A DNA stretch of 64,000 nucleotides, taken from NCBI GenBank assembly GCA_035084275.1, contig CM068743.1:77996001-78060000 (forward strand), read 5' to 3'. Position 1 is the first letter of the stretch. Each line of letters begins with the position of its first letter. This stretch comes from Hydrolagus colliei. Lineage: Eukaryota. The notes below the pieces were generated by a model. It was not told where the DNA came from, did no database searches, and was given only the letters and a program-made list of their open reading frames with translations. Shown here piece after piece: positions 49,530 through 62,432 of this stretch. Both the position numbers and the translations under genes were made by a program.

Positions 49530-50853
49530 GCTCATCCTCCTCACAGGCCTCCGAGCTACCCACAGCACGGAAATTGTTCTAGTCAAGGTCGCAAATGATA
49601 TCCTGACCATTCATAACTAGGGCTCCCTCTGCCTCCTCATTGTCCTCGATCTACCCGCTGCCTTTGATACTGTGGACCATTCAATCCCCCTCCATTGCCT
49701 CTCCTCCCACCTCAACCTTCAAGGTTCAGTCCTTGACTGGTTCAGCTCTTATCTTTCACACTTTGTGTCCGCCAACAACTTTTTCTCCAGCCCCTGCACA
49801 GTCTCTTGCGATGTTCCTCAGGGCTCTGTTGTCAGTCCCTTCCTCTTCACCCTCTACATTATTCCCCTCAGTGACATCATTCATAAAGATGGGGTAAATT
49901 TCCACATGTATATGGATGACACCCAACTCTACCTCTCCGCTTCCACCCTCAACTCCATGACAACCAGCGTCCTAACTGCCTTTCTATCTGACATCGAGTC
50001 CTGGACGAGGGACAATTTTCTTCAACTGAACGTCAGCAAGATTGAGGCCGTCCTGAGTGGCTCATGTCAGTGCCTCTGCATCTCAGGCGCTGACAGCATC
50101 AGTATCCATGGATGCACTCTCCATCTTATGAAGCCAATCAGAAACCTGGGTGTCTTGTTTGACCTGAACTGTCATTCCTACCCCACAACCGCACCATGAC
50201 CAGCCACCACCTCTGTAACTTTGCCAGATTCTGCCACTGCCTCACCCCCTCAGGCTGCTGAAATCCTCATCCATGCATTCGTCACATCAAGACTTGACTA
50301 TGGAAATACCCTCCTCGTCGGCATTCCCGGCTCTTCCCTTCACAAGCTGCAGATCAACCAGAACTCTGCAGCTTGTGTCTTTGCCCACACCAGGCTCCGC
50401 GACCACATCACTCTCACCCTCGTCCATCTTCATTGGCTCCCCATCCCCCAGAGGATCAAATTCAACATCCTCATCCTCACTTTCCATCCCTGGTTTTGCC
50501 CCTTCCTATCTCTCCGAATTGCTTACTCCCTACCAACCTTCCCGCCATCCATGTCTCCTGCCCAATCCACCCTACCATCGGTGACAGGACTTCCAGCCTT
50601 TCTGCCCCCACACTTTGGAACTTCATCCCACAGTCGCTTCACTTTGCTTCCTCCCTTCGTTCCTTCAAGGCCGGTCTCAAGATCCTCCTTTTCGATTGTG
50701 CCTCCTGCTACCCTCCCACCTCTTTCCCTCCCCTCCCCACCTACCTTGCCCCTGCTGCATGCTCAGGTCCCGACTCCCAATTGTTCAGCCCCTTGGGATG
50801 TCCTCCCGACGTGAAAGGCGCTCTATAAATGTAATTTTGTTGTTGTTGTTCTT
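49530..50853 (+). mobile_element. Degenerate L2 LINE (RT to 3' tail)
   Basis: HSTEIVLVKVANDIL, DVPQGSVVSPFLF, HMYMDDTQLY, SRLDYGNTLL, LHWLPIPQRIKF; frameshifted; (TTG)n tail. Confidence 0.92.
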
Positions 50854-51714
50854 GTAAATCAATGACATCCAATAAATAAAACCCTTGCATTTATCCCCAG
50901 GCAAAGTGTTGAAAATACCTTAGCTCAATCAGCAGAGTTAACTGTGCAAAATGTTGCTGTGAAGGAAAGCAGCCCTTTCAATTGACTTATCCTTGCCAAA
51001 AAAGGCACAAATCCAAGTATGCAGCAGACAAAGACAAAAAAAGAACATCAGAACACAGGAGAGATGATGTAGTCTACACAGGCAAGTCACATGGTGCTTC
51101 TTTGTTAAATAAGGCCATATTTTCCAAACGTTTGTCTAACTAAATGAGTAATTATTGAGTTCTAATATTTCCCATGCTCCATTATTGGATTATTTTGCAG
51201 TGTTGCCCTCAAGGGATATGAGAAGTGATGACCCTCTCAGGAGTTTCTGTCAGAGCACATGTGGTCGTTCCTGATTTAATCAAAGTCCCTGTCACAGACA
51301 CTCGGAGAGGGGAGTTCTCCATTTGAAGATACATTTACTGACCATTAAGGGATCCTAGATTTAAAAACAGGCATTTATGGTGGAGGGGTTTTCCTTCATA
51401 GATTTTATCAGCTGAAAGTAACGTGTGATTGGAGGAATTTATACTAGCTTTAACTAGTAAAACAATGGCAATACCGTAACAACATTTTGCATTCATATTG
51501 CGCCTTTTACATCACAAGGGCGTATCATAGAGCTTCACCCAGCTGATTGAGCACCCAGGCTGATGTCTGGTGCCGGTGGGGAGGAGTGTGTGAGTGGGGA
51601 GGGGGGTTCGTGGTGGGAGGTGATGGGTGGAGGAGGGGCAATGGACATCAAAAGTGTAATAAAATAAATTAGATCTTAAACTGGGTTTTCAAGGTATGCA
51701 GAGACGTCGGGGAT

Positions 51715-51908
51715 GAGATGGAGGCAGATTCCATTGTAATTTTCAAGAGGAAAGTAGATAGGTATATGAAAGAGGGAGTTTAAATGGGAATAAAGTGGAG
51801 TGGTGGGATTGAACCAATTCCTTGTTTTCTGAGATGGTGCAAGTTTGATGGGCCTTATGACTTCCTTCTGCGCTTTAGATTTCTATGCTTCTTTGTTTCT
51901 ATGACTCT
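51715..51908 (+). mobile_element. CR1 LINE 3' end (adjacent to a minus-strand L2 3' end at about 51475-51710)
   Basis: ggaggcagattccattgtaattttcaagaggaaagtagataggtatatg...gatgggcc...ttctatgcttctttgtttctatgactct. Confidence 0.8.
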
Positions 51909-54034
51909 GGAATGGAGATCCAGAGAGTGGGGGCTGAATGGCTCAAGTTCGCTCACTGGGGAATGGACCGTGAAGCTGACCAGAGTTTGCTGATTCAAAA
52001 TAATAGTGTGTTAGTTTGTTAGATGAACAAAACTAGGACTCGCGAGTGCTGCTGGATTGGGCAGGTTTGATGTTTGCATTGAAATGATATGTGTTTGCCC
52101 AGGGCATGAGAGCAATGTTTAATTATAGACACATAGCCCTGCAGAAAGAATACAGTCTTATTTTCATTCTGTAGACTATATTCTGTAGTGTATGTGAGCA
52201 GAACTAAATTAGTGTCACTTAGCGCTGGATTCGGGCCAGCTCTGTATTGTGTGCTCCACTGGGAGCTGGATTTTGATTGCCAGATTCACTCTGTTTATAA
52301 CCTCCAGTTATCAGCTATTAACTCACCTCCTATTTCCCTTCTGTTGTGCCAGAGGTGGAAGAATAGAGACCAAATTCTAATCAGTGCACATGTCCAAAAT
52401 ACTGGAACATTTAATTACATCTGTTGCAGCCCACATTGGTTCTGTTCAATAAGTGGTTCAGATCTGTGGTTTTTCAGTGCAAGCCTGGCCCAGCAACACA
52501 AAAGGATATAGACAGCCGAAAAATCTGCTGCACACTGAATTCGCCTAGAAGCCATGTAGCTGTGTAAATAGAATTTCAAGAGACATAGCAATCAATTTAT
52601 TTATTCTTATTTTTGCCTATGAAAAGTTTGCTGCCACTGAAAAATCTGCACTGTGTTGATTTTCTACATGAATTGTAAGCATTATAGAAAGAATTCTAGT
52701 ACTGTAGTAACAGTAATCCTTACATTTGTTATAGCATCTTGTTACGCCATTGAAATGTCTCCAAGTGCTTCACAGGATTTTACTGTGAAGAGTAGTGACT
52801 GTGTATTTTGTAGGGGAACATGGCAGACAATTTGTCCCACAAATAGACATTATAAGTGAATGGCCAATTTTATTTGGAGTGGGGAGGTTTTTGACCAAGA
52901 AATCACGAGAAATTCCTTTCTCTTTTAAAGTAGTGCTGTACAAACTTGAATATCCACCCGAATAGGCAGGGAGGAAGTATTGAGACATTCTTCTGAAGGG
53001 AAAGGCATTATATCAAAAGTAAGGATTATGATTATTATTATTAGTCAGCGTTCGGTGCATTTACTCTCATTGGCAAAAGAAGCGTAGTGTCAAAAAAGTT
53101 CACCCAGGACATGCCCTCTGTTAGTTCAGCCAGTCTGGCGTTTTGTTGAGTACAGTAATCAGAGAACATTTTGTTTTCCTTAAGTGAAGCTTTGCATCAA
53201 TGCATGTAGCTCAGCGACATGGGAATCATTTGTATAACAGGGTTTAGTTACCGTCTTCCACATCTACTGACAGAGACAAATACTAAACGCCACACTTGTG
53301 GTTAATTAACTGTTGATAAGATGCTAATTGTAACGGTTTTAGCACTGGATTGCATCACATACTATTGATAGTGCAGAGCTATATAGGATGTAGCACCTGG
53401 CATTTTTATGTCTCAGTGTTAAATGTCTTTAGTTACCAAACATTTACCGTCAAAAGTACTTAAATGCCGACAGATAAGATTGTATTCCTTTGTTTTAGCA
53501 TTAATTCTCTCAGCAGGAACCAACAGATAAAAATTATTGCTGTCATTACAATTAAATCATACTTCCCTCAGTTCAGTTTTTATTTCATTCAATGTTTGGC
53601 AAAATGAAATTGGTAGAGCACATTGTTCAACACAAGATAACATTATTCTTGGCCAGAATAACAGGCAATTATAGGCCTAATGTTCACAATTAAGCTGTAA
53701 TCGTGTGCCAACGTACAAAGCAAGGACAACCAAACGGGTTTGGTTTGAGATCTATTGCAGCCATTTAGAGGATAATTTTTTAAACTTTATATCCATGGTT
53801 ACAGTTGAATTGTTTTCAATTTGGATATTAATCATACATCCATTTGCATGACATGTTAAGTCAAACTGTGTCTCTTTGTTTGAAATTGTGAACAAATTAA
53901 CATAATTGTTTGATGTTATTATTGAGCAATGTTTAATTGGGATCTTTGCTGTCTGTGTGATGGCACAGAGAGAAACCCTTTGGGGTGTAAAGTATCAATC
54001 TAATAATTAATTGGCAAAAATGTAATCAATCACT

Positions 54035-54170
54035 GATCAGTTCTGACGAAGGACCCAAAACGTTGTCTCACTTTCCTCTCTCCATGGATGCTGTCTGACC
54101 TGCTGAGTGTTCCCAGAGATTTCTGCTTTTGTTTCAGATTTCCAGCATCTGCAGTATTTTGCGTTTTTCT
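54035..54170 (+). mobile_element. Penelope-like element terminal fragment with decayed hammerhead ribozyme core
   Basis: cagttCTGACGAaggacccAAAACGTT followed by gatgctgtctgacctgctgagtg...ttcagatttccagcatctgcag, resembling chondrichthyan Penelope-type ends as I recall them. Confidence 0.65.
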
Positions 54171-54707
54171 CACAGATCCATTCATTCAGCCACTGGATGA
54201 ATCCTATACAGCGCTCTCTTAATGTGATCTGAGCAAACATTGTATTGAGCTGTGCAATTTGGCACTTTAAACTCCTCCTGATGTGAAAGGCGCTATACAA
54301 ATGTAATTTGTTCTTGTTGTTGTCATCGTCATTGATTGTCTGGATATATTGTTTACTTACAGAATAGCTTGGTGATATAGTCACAAATATTGATCATTCA
54401 GGCAACTAACTTGTGTTTGCTCCTAAGTGCTATAATACACTGGTCCTGATGTCTGTAAATATTGTAGAATTCCTTGCCAGGACTAGACTAACTCTGGTGT
54501 CAACTAATTTGTTTAAATCTTAACAGAATAGAAATGAATGTGCTTGGACATTTTCAGATCATTGCTAATCTGATGGAAATAGGCCTGCAATTTGTGATTT
54601 TTCTGCTATTCCTAGTTATTTGTTTTGATGCAACCACTTCATGTAACCCATATATTACAGTATTATTATTTTCAAATGATAATATTTATTATTAATTATT
54701 ATTTTCT

Positions 54708-54848
54708 ACCGGGTTCCTACTTACTGCAAGGTAAATATAGGTGTGTAGATTAAGGAAATTTACCCAACATTTTGCCCTGCTCAAGAATTTAATCCAGGTC
54801 CTCTCGCTTGCAAGACGAGCACTCCAACCACTGAGCTACACAACTCCA
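54708..54848 (-). mobile_element. tRNA-SINE 5' half, abutting a Deu-type SINE on the minus strand (about 54850-55135)
   Basis: The minus strand starts ggagttgtgtagctcagtggttggagtgctcgtcttgcaagcgag. Confidence 0.85.
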
Positions 54849-57800
54849 CAATAATAATCCTTGCCTTTGGTATAGTGTCTTATCACATCATTGAGAAATT
54901 GCCAAATGATTGATAGGATTTTACTATGAATTTTAGTGACCATAACTTGTAAGGAAATGTGGCAACCAATTTGTCACAGCAATATCTCACATACAGCCAT
55001 GATGTAAGTGAAGACACAGGAGAAACTCCCTTCTCTTTTGGAATAGTACTATGGGATCTTTAACATGCACATGAACAGGCAGGTTTAAAATGTCAACTGA
55101 AGAATGGCATCTATGACAATGCAACACTCCCTCAAAGTCCCACCTGCAGGAGCCACATATATGCCATACCTGTCTTAAAAACTGAGCTGCACAGTTGAAA
55201 TTTCATATTTTTATAAATCTTAAGCATGAAAGCTTTCTGTTATGGTGTAAGTTAATTCAATTCTCCTTTCAAAGTGTAAAAATACCTCAAATTGTATGAA
55301 GCCCACCCCATCCCCCCAACACCCAAAATCATTATCACTCAAACCACTATCGGATACAGTAGCTCAAAAACTATTAAAATGATAGTTACAGCCCTCAGAA
55401 ACCCTATTTCAAATAAAGGCCTATATAAATGCAAGCTGTTATCATGGTCATCATTGATACTTATCCTTACATTTTGCACAGCCCCTTTCATATCGAGAGG
55501 ACGTCTCAAAGTGCTTCACAGAATATATGTGTGTTTTGTAGACAAACTACAACAAATCAATTTGGTTTGTATGTGTATTTCTCAGAGCTTACAATTTCCC
55601 TGCTATCATGAGAGGAGATACAGGACGGTATCTTGATGCAAAGGCATGGGGTAAAACTGGCTACTCTTGGCTATTCTTGGACTCTTTATCAGCCTGTGCT
55701 GATACATCAAGGTGCATCCTTTATACAGTAAGATGGAGTCATACCCTGGAGTCTACTGTGCAACTGATTGGGTATCTGTGCCGTTTGTTAGGAAATGTGC
55801 CATTGATTGAGAGAATGCCTGAGGCATTGCCCGAGTATACTTAGCAACAGACAATTGATTAAACATTTAAAATTATTAATTGATAAATACGAGTGGGGAG
55901 TGACCATACAATCTTGAGGTAGACAAATGTTTTTGTTTCCCAACTGCAAGCTTGTCTTGTGCTGTCAAAAGATAAATGCCAGATTACGTGATACAGTAGA
56001 CTTTATCCTCTGTATATTTACCGAAGGAGCGACCAACATCAAAGGGCTACACATGTATCACATTATCAGAATAAATGGTATAAAGCTCCATTCATCTTTC
56101 TTCGATCTGCTTGTTAGAATAATCATCCTGGCTGAGAGCATAAATTTCGATGTAAATAGTAATTTAAATAGTAATTCTGAACTTTCTTACAGAAGCTAGA
56201 TTAAAAAAAAGGATTTTGACGTTCTCAGAAAAGCTAAATTGAAATTCAAACTGCAACTTGGCAAATTTGATATTTAATACATGAACCACATGTGTCGTAT
56301 TAATTCATTGTCCATTTTCTCAATAAGCAGTGACTTTGCAGAAGCCCTTCATTAGAGCTTACAATGAGGCTTCTATCATTTAACAAAAACGATATTGTCT
56401 GGTGATTAAAACAAAGTACAATTATGAATGTTTCACTTTTAAGGAATAATGAGCTAGGAAATGTGTATTAGTACCAGGAATTATTGTAACCCAGGATTAG
56501 CCCTGATCTAAGGTGCTTGTGGAGTCCATTTAGAATCTATAATTGCCTATCGTGTGCACCTTCAAATCATTTTAATGCCTTTGATCATGCACATCAATAG
56601 CAATAAATAATGTTTAATAATACAGTGTGCTATTAGTCCTTTGCTGCACACTTTTACTAGCCAATCTCATCCAGAAAGCCATCATTTTCCATGAGATGTT
56701 CTTCCATTGCTACTAATCAAACTCCCCCATGCAGGACATATACGACTACCTAGAATTATGGCTGTAGTCAGGACTATATAAATAATCTATGTAAAATATA
56801 TACAGCATTAATAGGAATTGGCAATTCCATGCTACAGGTATAACAATTGCTGCTCATTTATCAGGAACCAAAATGTAACGTTAAGTCTCATGTGTTACAA
56901 TGGCATTTCTGAAATGTGTGCAGGGAATTGCTTTGTTGAAGGGGATATGCTGTTGCATAATTTCACCACAACAAGCAGTGTTTTAAACGGAATGTCTAAT
57001 TGGTGTGCTTTTTAATCAATGTGATTGAAAAACAATGTCTATAAATATATCCACCACCTGATATTCAGTATTTCACCTTCTTCAGTTTGATGGTGACTTG
57101 GCAAAGGGAGTTTCTCCTGGTGTCCTGGCCGTTAATCCCCACAAATAATTTTTTATTTTAAAATCACTTCAGGTTTGTGTGACATTGCAATGTGCTGCAT
57201 TACATTTATTTACAAAAAACGCAATCACTACACATTAGTTAATCTCCAGCAATAACCAAGCACAGCCTTTTGGTCCTAAATCTCGGCTCTTGCTAACGTT
57301 ATACAGTGCTTTGGGACACCCTGCCGAAGTGAAAGGCGCAGTTCAAATGTAATTTTGTTGTTGTTGTTGTATACTCAGAATTAGATAGAATTAGATAAGA
57401 AGGTTGCATCCTTTCAGGGAGAGAGTGTACATTACATTCCATGGTGAAAAATGTATGTTTAGGTGGCATATGTTTGTGTAATTCTCAGTTTAGTTCAGAT
57501 CCATGGTGATGGATTTGTGCAAGTGTCTGACACCTGACTGCAATGCTCCTCTCTCCCACACCACATACATATTTTTCTAAAATACAAACACATAGTCACT
57601 ACACCCGACAGAAATTACCTATGAAAAGCTTTGAATCATTTAAAGGCACTGTGTTATAATTATTATTTATGAGTTGTGAAATGGATCTGCTCTCTCATAA
57701 TGGTTTTATGCTAATCCAATATTATTTTTAAAATAAAAATAATAATCCTTCCGTTTGGTATAACGCCTTAATACGTCGCTAAATGTGTCAAAAAGCTTCA

Positions 57801-57929
57801 CAGAATATACTGTAAAATGAATTGACTGTATATTTTGTGAGCAAAAAATATAAAAGTAGAAGATATACTGTATTACCAATTGTAAAAGGTAGTTTGGGTA
57901 ACCTTCATGCAAGGTAAATAAATGATCGA

Positions 57930-58420
57930 TCTGGGATATGTAGCGGAAGCCCAGATAAGGTGCATTATAATGATGCTGCTCTTCATTTTACAAGGGCAAA
58001 CTCATCAGATCCAGTCAGTTCCTGTCACATTTTGTTCTGTTTGCTCAATGGCTGAAGAGATCATTTTCCTTGTTATCCGGGCGCTCCCCTTCAGAAGCTC
58101 CTATTGTATTTTCCAGGAAACTGTCTTCATTGTGGTAATGCTTTGCGGAATGATTGACACCCGCTAAGGCACGTTACACTCTGCCTCATTGCTGAAGATC
58201 AATAGCGTTCTGCTTTTCTTCTAAGTACAAGGTTCGAGTTCAATTAAAGTCTTCTTCCCATTTCCTTTTTCATTAGGGCAATCTCATGACTCTGATTAAC
58301 AATATTTTGCCACTCATTCCAGGCCCCAAGCTGCAATCTCAATGTCTCATTATGCCCGCAAGCTAGAAATATAATTGTGAACCAATATCATTTTAATTGT
58401 TTCTCTTATATCTTTTTTTT
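57930..58420. promoter_or_regulatory. Candidate conserved non-coding element / enhancer
   Basis: Repeat-free, with seven CpGs in 58078-58236 against a CpG-poor background, TGATTGAC at 58151-58158 and homeobox-type TAAT motifs; conservation not tested. Confidence 0.45.
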
Positions 58421-59199
58421 AAATGATTCAGCAGTCATCAAAAAGATATGTGTTCTTGTACCCTGTAGGCTTAATCTGGGAGGACATGGGAAGGCGATGT
58501 AACAGAGGCTCGTGGTAATGAAACCTTATGCACAGGGTAATGACAAAGCACTTATATCTCTCAGAAGATAAATGAAAACAGTAGATCTTCTTTCCCTCTG
58601 ATTTTGACCATCGTTTTGCTTCCCATTCCGATCGTAAGTCCGTGGTAAAAGCAGATCATTTCAAGAGCTACGCTCATGAGGTGCTCTGAATTTCATCGTA
58701 GATTTCACCCCCTCCCCAGCTGTGAATAATGATGTGAACAAACCGCAAAAAAATCCCCTGGTTCATGAACTAAATTTTAAGAAAGCCTATTAAATTATTC
58801 CTAATCCCACCAGATAATTACGAGTAAAAACATTATTTTATATCTGCAGTCTGCACTTGGAATTCTATCTGTTTCAAACAGGAATTTATTCAGCAAACAG
58901 CAGGTTACAGTTTGGGGTTTACTGGTATTCAAATCCTCCACATGTACAACACAAACAGCATTGCTTAATGACATTAATTAAAGAAAAAACTGCCCATTAA
59001 AGATTTGCAGGCTAGAATTATGGCACTTTGGGCTCCACAATTCAAGGCAGGCAATGTACCATGTGTGAATTGTACTAACAGCAGCTGGTAGGCTGGTGTA
59101 GCTCACGTGTAATTTGTAACTAGTGCCTGGTTGCTAATATACATTTCCACTAAATATTACACTAAAACAAACCACAACAGCCTTCTTTATGTTGTATCA

Positions 59200-59680
59200 G
59201 TGAATCCGAAGCTATTTACCACGTAGCTCATTTCTTTTTTGCCCCTCAAGCCTTCAGTGCCTGCCTGAGCACTGACATCAATTGACTGCAATCCCACACA
59301 AAGGCAGTCTGCACAAAGCTAGCCTTTCGACCTTTGTGATATGATGGATGAGACCACCTAGGTCTATCAGCAGTAAGTAAAAATGAACCATTGACAAGCT
59401 GGATTGAATTTCTGGCAAAAAGCGCAGGTCACCGCTTTGCCTGTGAAATGTCACTGGGGAAGTGTAGCAGTATATAACACGTTTCTGCGGCAATCGGAGT
59501 CTGACTTGTAAGTTTCAAATGGGTAGGTGGAGTGGGGGGAGGAAGGTAAAGCAAATAAGCGAGAGAATTCTGGCTCTAGGGATGTGTAAAAGAAAATCGC
59601 ATCTTAAAATGTTCCACCAATAGAGGTGAACATTATTTTCTTTGCTGATTGACATTATGATGCGCAGAATGTGATTTACT
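59200..59680. promoter_or_regulatory. Candidate conserved non-coding element / enhancer
   Basis: Repeat-free, CpG-retaining, TGATGGAT at 59342-59349 and TGATTGAC at 59646-59653; conservation not tested. Confidence 0.35.
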
Positions 59681-59682
59681 AC

Positions 59683-59991
59683 TATTAATAATCCTTGCAT
59701 TTGATATAGCGCTTTTTACGTCTTCTAGACATCTCAAAGTGCTTCACAGAATGTACTGTAAAGTGATTTGATTGTATAATTGTGGGCAAAACGTGGCAGT
59801 CAATTGCGCACAGCAATGTCCCACAAACAGTCGTGGATTGAAAAGACCAATTTATTGTTGATTTTTTTTGAGGGATTATTATCAGGTGTGTGGAGTAAGG
59901 AAACTTGCCTAAGGTTTCGCCCTGCCTGGGAATTAAATCCAGGTCTCCCGCTTGTAAGGTGAGTGCTCTAACCACTGAGCCACAGGACTCC
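59683..59991 (-). mobile_element. Full-length tRNA-derived SINE (short subfamily)
   Basis: Same structure as 44397-44706: A box, B box, Deu-like block, hairpin tail. Confidence 0.93.
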
Positions 59992-60004
59992 ACACACAAA
60001 CCAA

Positions 60005-60240
60005 TGGCAGAGAAATCTTACCCCGGTTGAGATTTAGCATTCTATTTATTTAGCGTTTTAGAGCATCGTGAATTTGGAAAATTCTTAAACACAGCGTTGA
60101 TTTTGAAGCCTGGTTTCTCTAAGCTTCTCTAAGCTCTCTAAGCTTTAAGAGACAGCTACAGAAAACTGGCTTCAAAATTTAAACTAAATTCGACAATTTG
60201 CCAAATTCTAGAAAATGCCAAATAAATAGAGTGAATCTGG
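60005..60240. mobile_element. Hairpin (fold-back) MITE
   Basis: Arms cattctatttatttagcgtttt / aaaatgccaaataaatagagtg, gaatttggaaaatt / aatttgccaaattc and ttttgaagcctgg / ctggcttcaaaa; central ctctaagct repeats. Confidence 0.75.
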
Positions 60241-60555
60241 GCATGGTTGGAATTAATCCTTTGGATGACACATTAAACAAAATACAGTCTGCCTTTTCAA
60301 ATGGATGTTAAAGATCCCCGTGGACTCAAGCGATCTGAGATGCCGTCCGGCTTGGAGGGCGCTATAGCAGTCCGAGTTGCTGTTGTTGTTGTTGTTGTTG
60401 TGGACATTATTCAAAAAGAGAAGGTAGTTTCTCCTGGCACCCTGGCGAACAATCCCCCAAGTAAAATTGTCCATTCACTTCATAGCTGTTTTTGTACATT
60501 ACTGCGCACACATTGACTGTGGCATTTGCCTACAAAATACACAAGTCATCATATT

Positions 60556-61300
60556 ATAAGAACATACGAAAGATGAGCAAGAGTAGGTCATTTGGACCCT
60601 CGAGCCTGTCCTTCCATTTAATAAGATCATGGCTGATTTTCTAACCCAATTCCATTTACCCGTCCTATCCCAATATCTGTTAATCCTTCTATCCTTTAGA
60701 AATCTATCAATCTCAGTCTTGAATAGTTCAAGGACTGAGCATCCACAGTCTTCTGGGGTAGAGAATTCCATAAATTCTACTCTGTTAAGCTCCGTTAAGA
60801 ATTTTATAGGTTTCTATAAGATCATCTCTAATTCTTCTATATTCTGTAGAGCAGTGGTTCTCAACCTTTTTCAGTAATGTACTCCTTGTTAATTTTCAAC
60901 ATTATCGTGTACTCCCACCCAACCACATGCACACACGCACCACCCCCTTCATTACAATTGCATTTTATGACCAAGCTTTTCTTATATAACAAAATAACTA
61001 GCATATCAAAACTAAGAGAATAACAATTAAATATACAATTTGGAAGGTTATAAAACACTAAATAAGAGAGCTAAATAAATCAATGTACCCCTGGAAGTAA
61101 TTTTGTACCCCCTGGGGTACATGTAGTCCTGGTTGCGAACCGCTGCTTTAGAGAATATAGGTCTAGTTTACTCAACCTCCCCTCATAGGTCAACCACCTC
61201 ATCCCAGGAACCTACCCAGTGAATCTACACTGCACCCCCTATAAGGTGAGCATTTCCTATCTTAAATCAGGAGACCAAAACTGCACACAATATTCTAGGT
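60556..61300 (-). mobile_element. CR1 LINE 3' fragment split by a hAT MITE
   Basis: aagaacatacgaa...gtaggtcatttggaccctcgagcctg tail; the minus-strand ORF reads LELFKTEIDRFL; CR1 sequence resumes at 61154. Confidence 0.88.
60852..61145. mobile_element. hAT (Charlie/MER5-like) MITE
   Basis: TIRs cagtggttctcaacc / ggttgcgaaccgctg; 8-bp TSD ctgtagag (60844-51) / ctttagag (61146-53). Confidence 0.9.
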
Positions 61301-61350
61301 AAAATCTTGTGAAGTGCCTTGGAATGTCACAATTATATGATAAGGCATCT

Positions 61351-61660
61351 GGAGTTCTGCAACCTATTTGTTAGAGCACTTGCCTCGCAAGCAGGGGACC
61401 TGGGTTTCATTGCCAGGCAGGGTGAAACCTAAGGCAAGTTTCCTTACTCCCCACGTCTCCATTTATCTAGCCACAAGTAGGAACCCAATTGTTTATCCAT
61501 TGGCAGATTGCTTTTCCGTGGGTAATAATCCCTTCAAATACAAATAAATAATTTGGTCATTCAATCCAGGCTGTTTGTGGGACACTGCTCTGCGCAATGT
61601 GTTCTGATAAGGTGCTATGTCAAATGCAAGGATTTTATATCAAATGCAATATTATTATTA
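61351..61660 (+). mobile_element. tRNA-derived SINE (long subfamily, 3' body deletion, duplicated tail end)
   Basis: ggagttctgc...ttagagcacttgcctcgcaagcagg...aagtaggaaccc...tcaaatgcaa twice, then (TTA)n. Confidence 0.88.
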
Positions 61661-62085
61661 TCATAAGCCTTGTCTTTACAGTGTCTGCTGCATACCGTCC
61701 AAATTGCAGTGATACCAGCTGTTAGGCCATCTTGCCTTTGGGAACTGGAGCACACCTTCTGAAAGCCTTGAGTGTCAGACAGTAAAGCAATTCCAACCCC
61801 ATCTTTAACTCACGTTTTTAAAAAAACTGAATTATAAATCTGTCACACCTCTGCCAAATCAGGTGTGAAATTTATATACCCGCACTGAGGCATTCACTGA
61901 CCTGCAATGCTAACCAGAACACAAATCAATGTGATCTCCAGATGTTTCAATACGAAATGACTTGGTTGCACAAGCTCACCATTCAATCTACTTGAAATAA
62001 CAGGGCACAATACCCCATGTGCTAAATTAAGTCTAGATATAATGCCATAGCAATGCCATTGACTTGAATTGGTAGCAGAATCGCA

Positions 62086-62128
62086 CCCTCCCTCCCTCCC
62101 TCCCTCCCTCCCTCCCTCCCTCCCTCCC
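62086..62128. repeat. (CCCT)n microsatellite
   Basis: About ten perfect units. Confidence 0.95.
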
Positions 62129-62385
62129 AAGAGCGGGGAATCTTTACCCATCCTTAAGAGTTTGAACTATTGAAAGACTGTAAGTCTGTAGCTGTTAAAT
62201 TAGTCTTAGTAATTCTCTGACAGTGCCATCAAGAAGGAATCCATCATTCAAGTACAAATTAGAAGGCATTGGCTTAGAGAAATCTGATGATACTCAATGG
62301 TTTGCACTCCCTGCATCTTACAAGAAGAAAGGGAAAAAAAACTATAAAGAGGCCATTCTCTGCTGTTGAGTCCTGAGGCTGAGGT

Positions 62386-62432
62386 GGAGTCCTGTAGCTC
62401 AGTGGTTAGAGCCTCATCTCGCAAGCGAGCGA
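62386..62432 (+). mobile_element. Isolated SINE tRNA head
   Basis: ggagtcctgtagctcagtggttagagcctcatctcgcaagcgag; B box missing. Confidence 0.8.
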
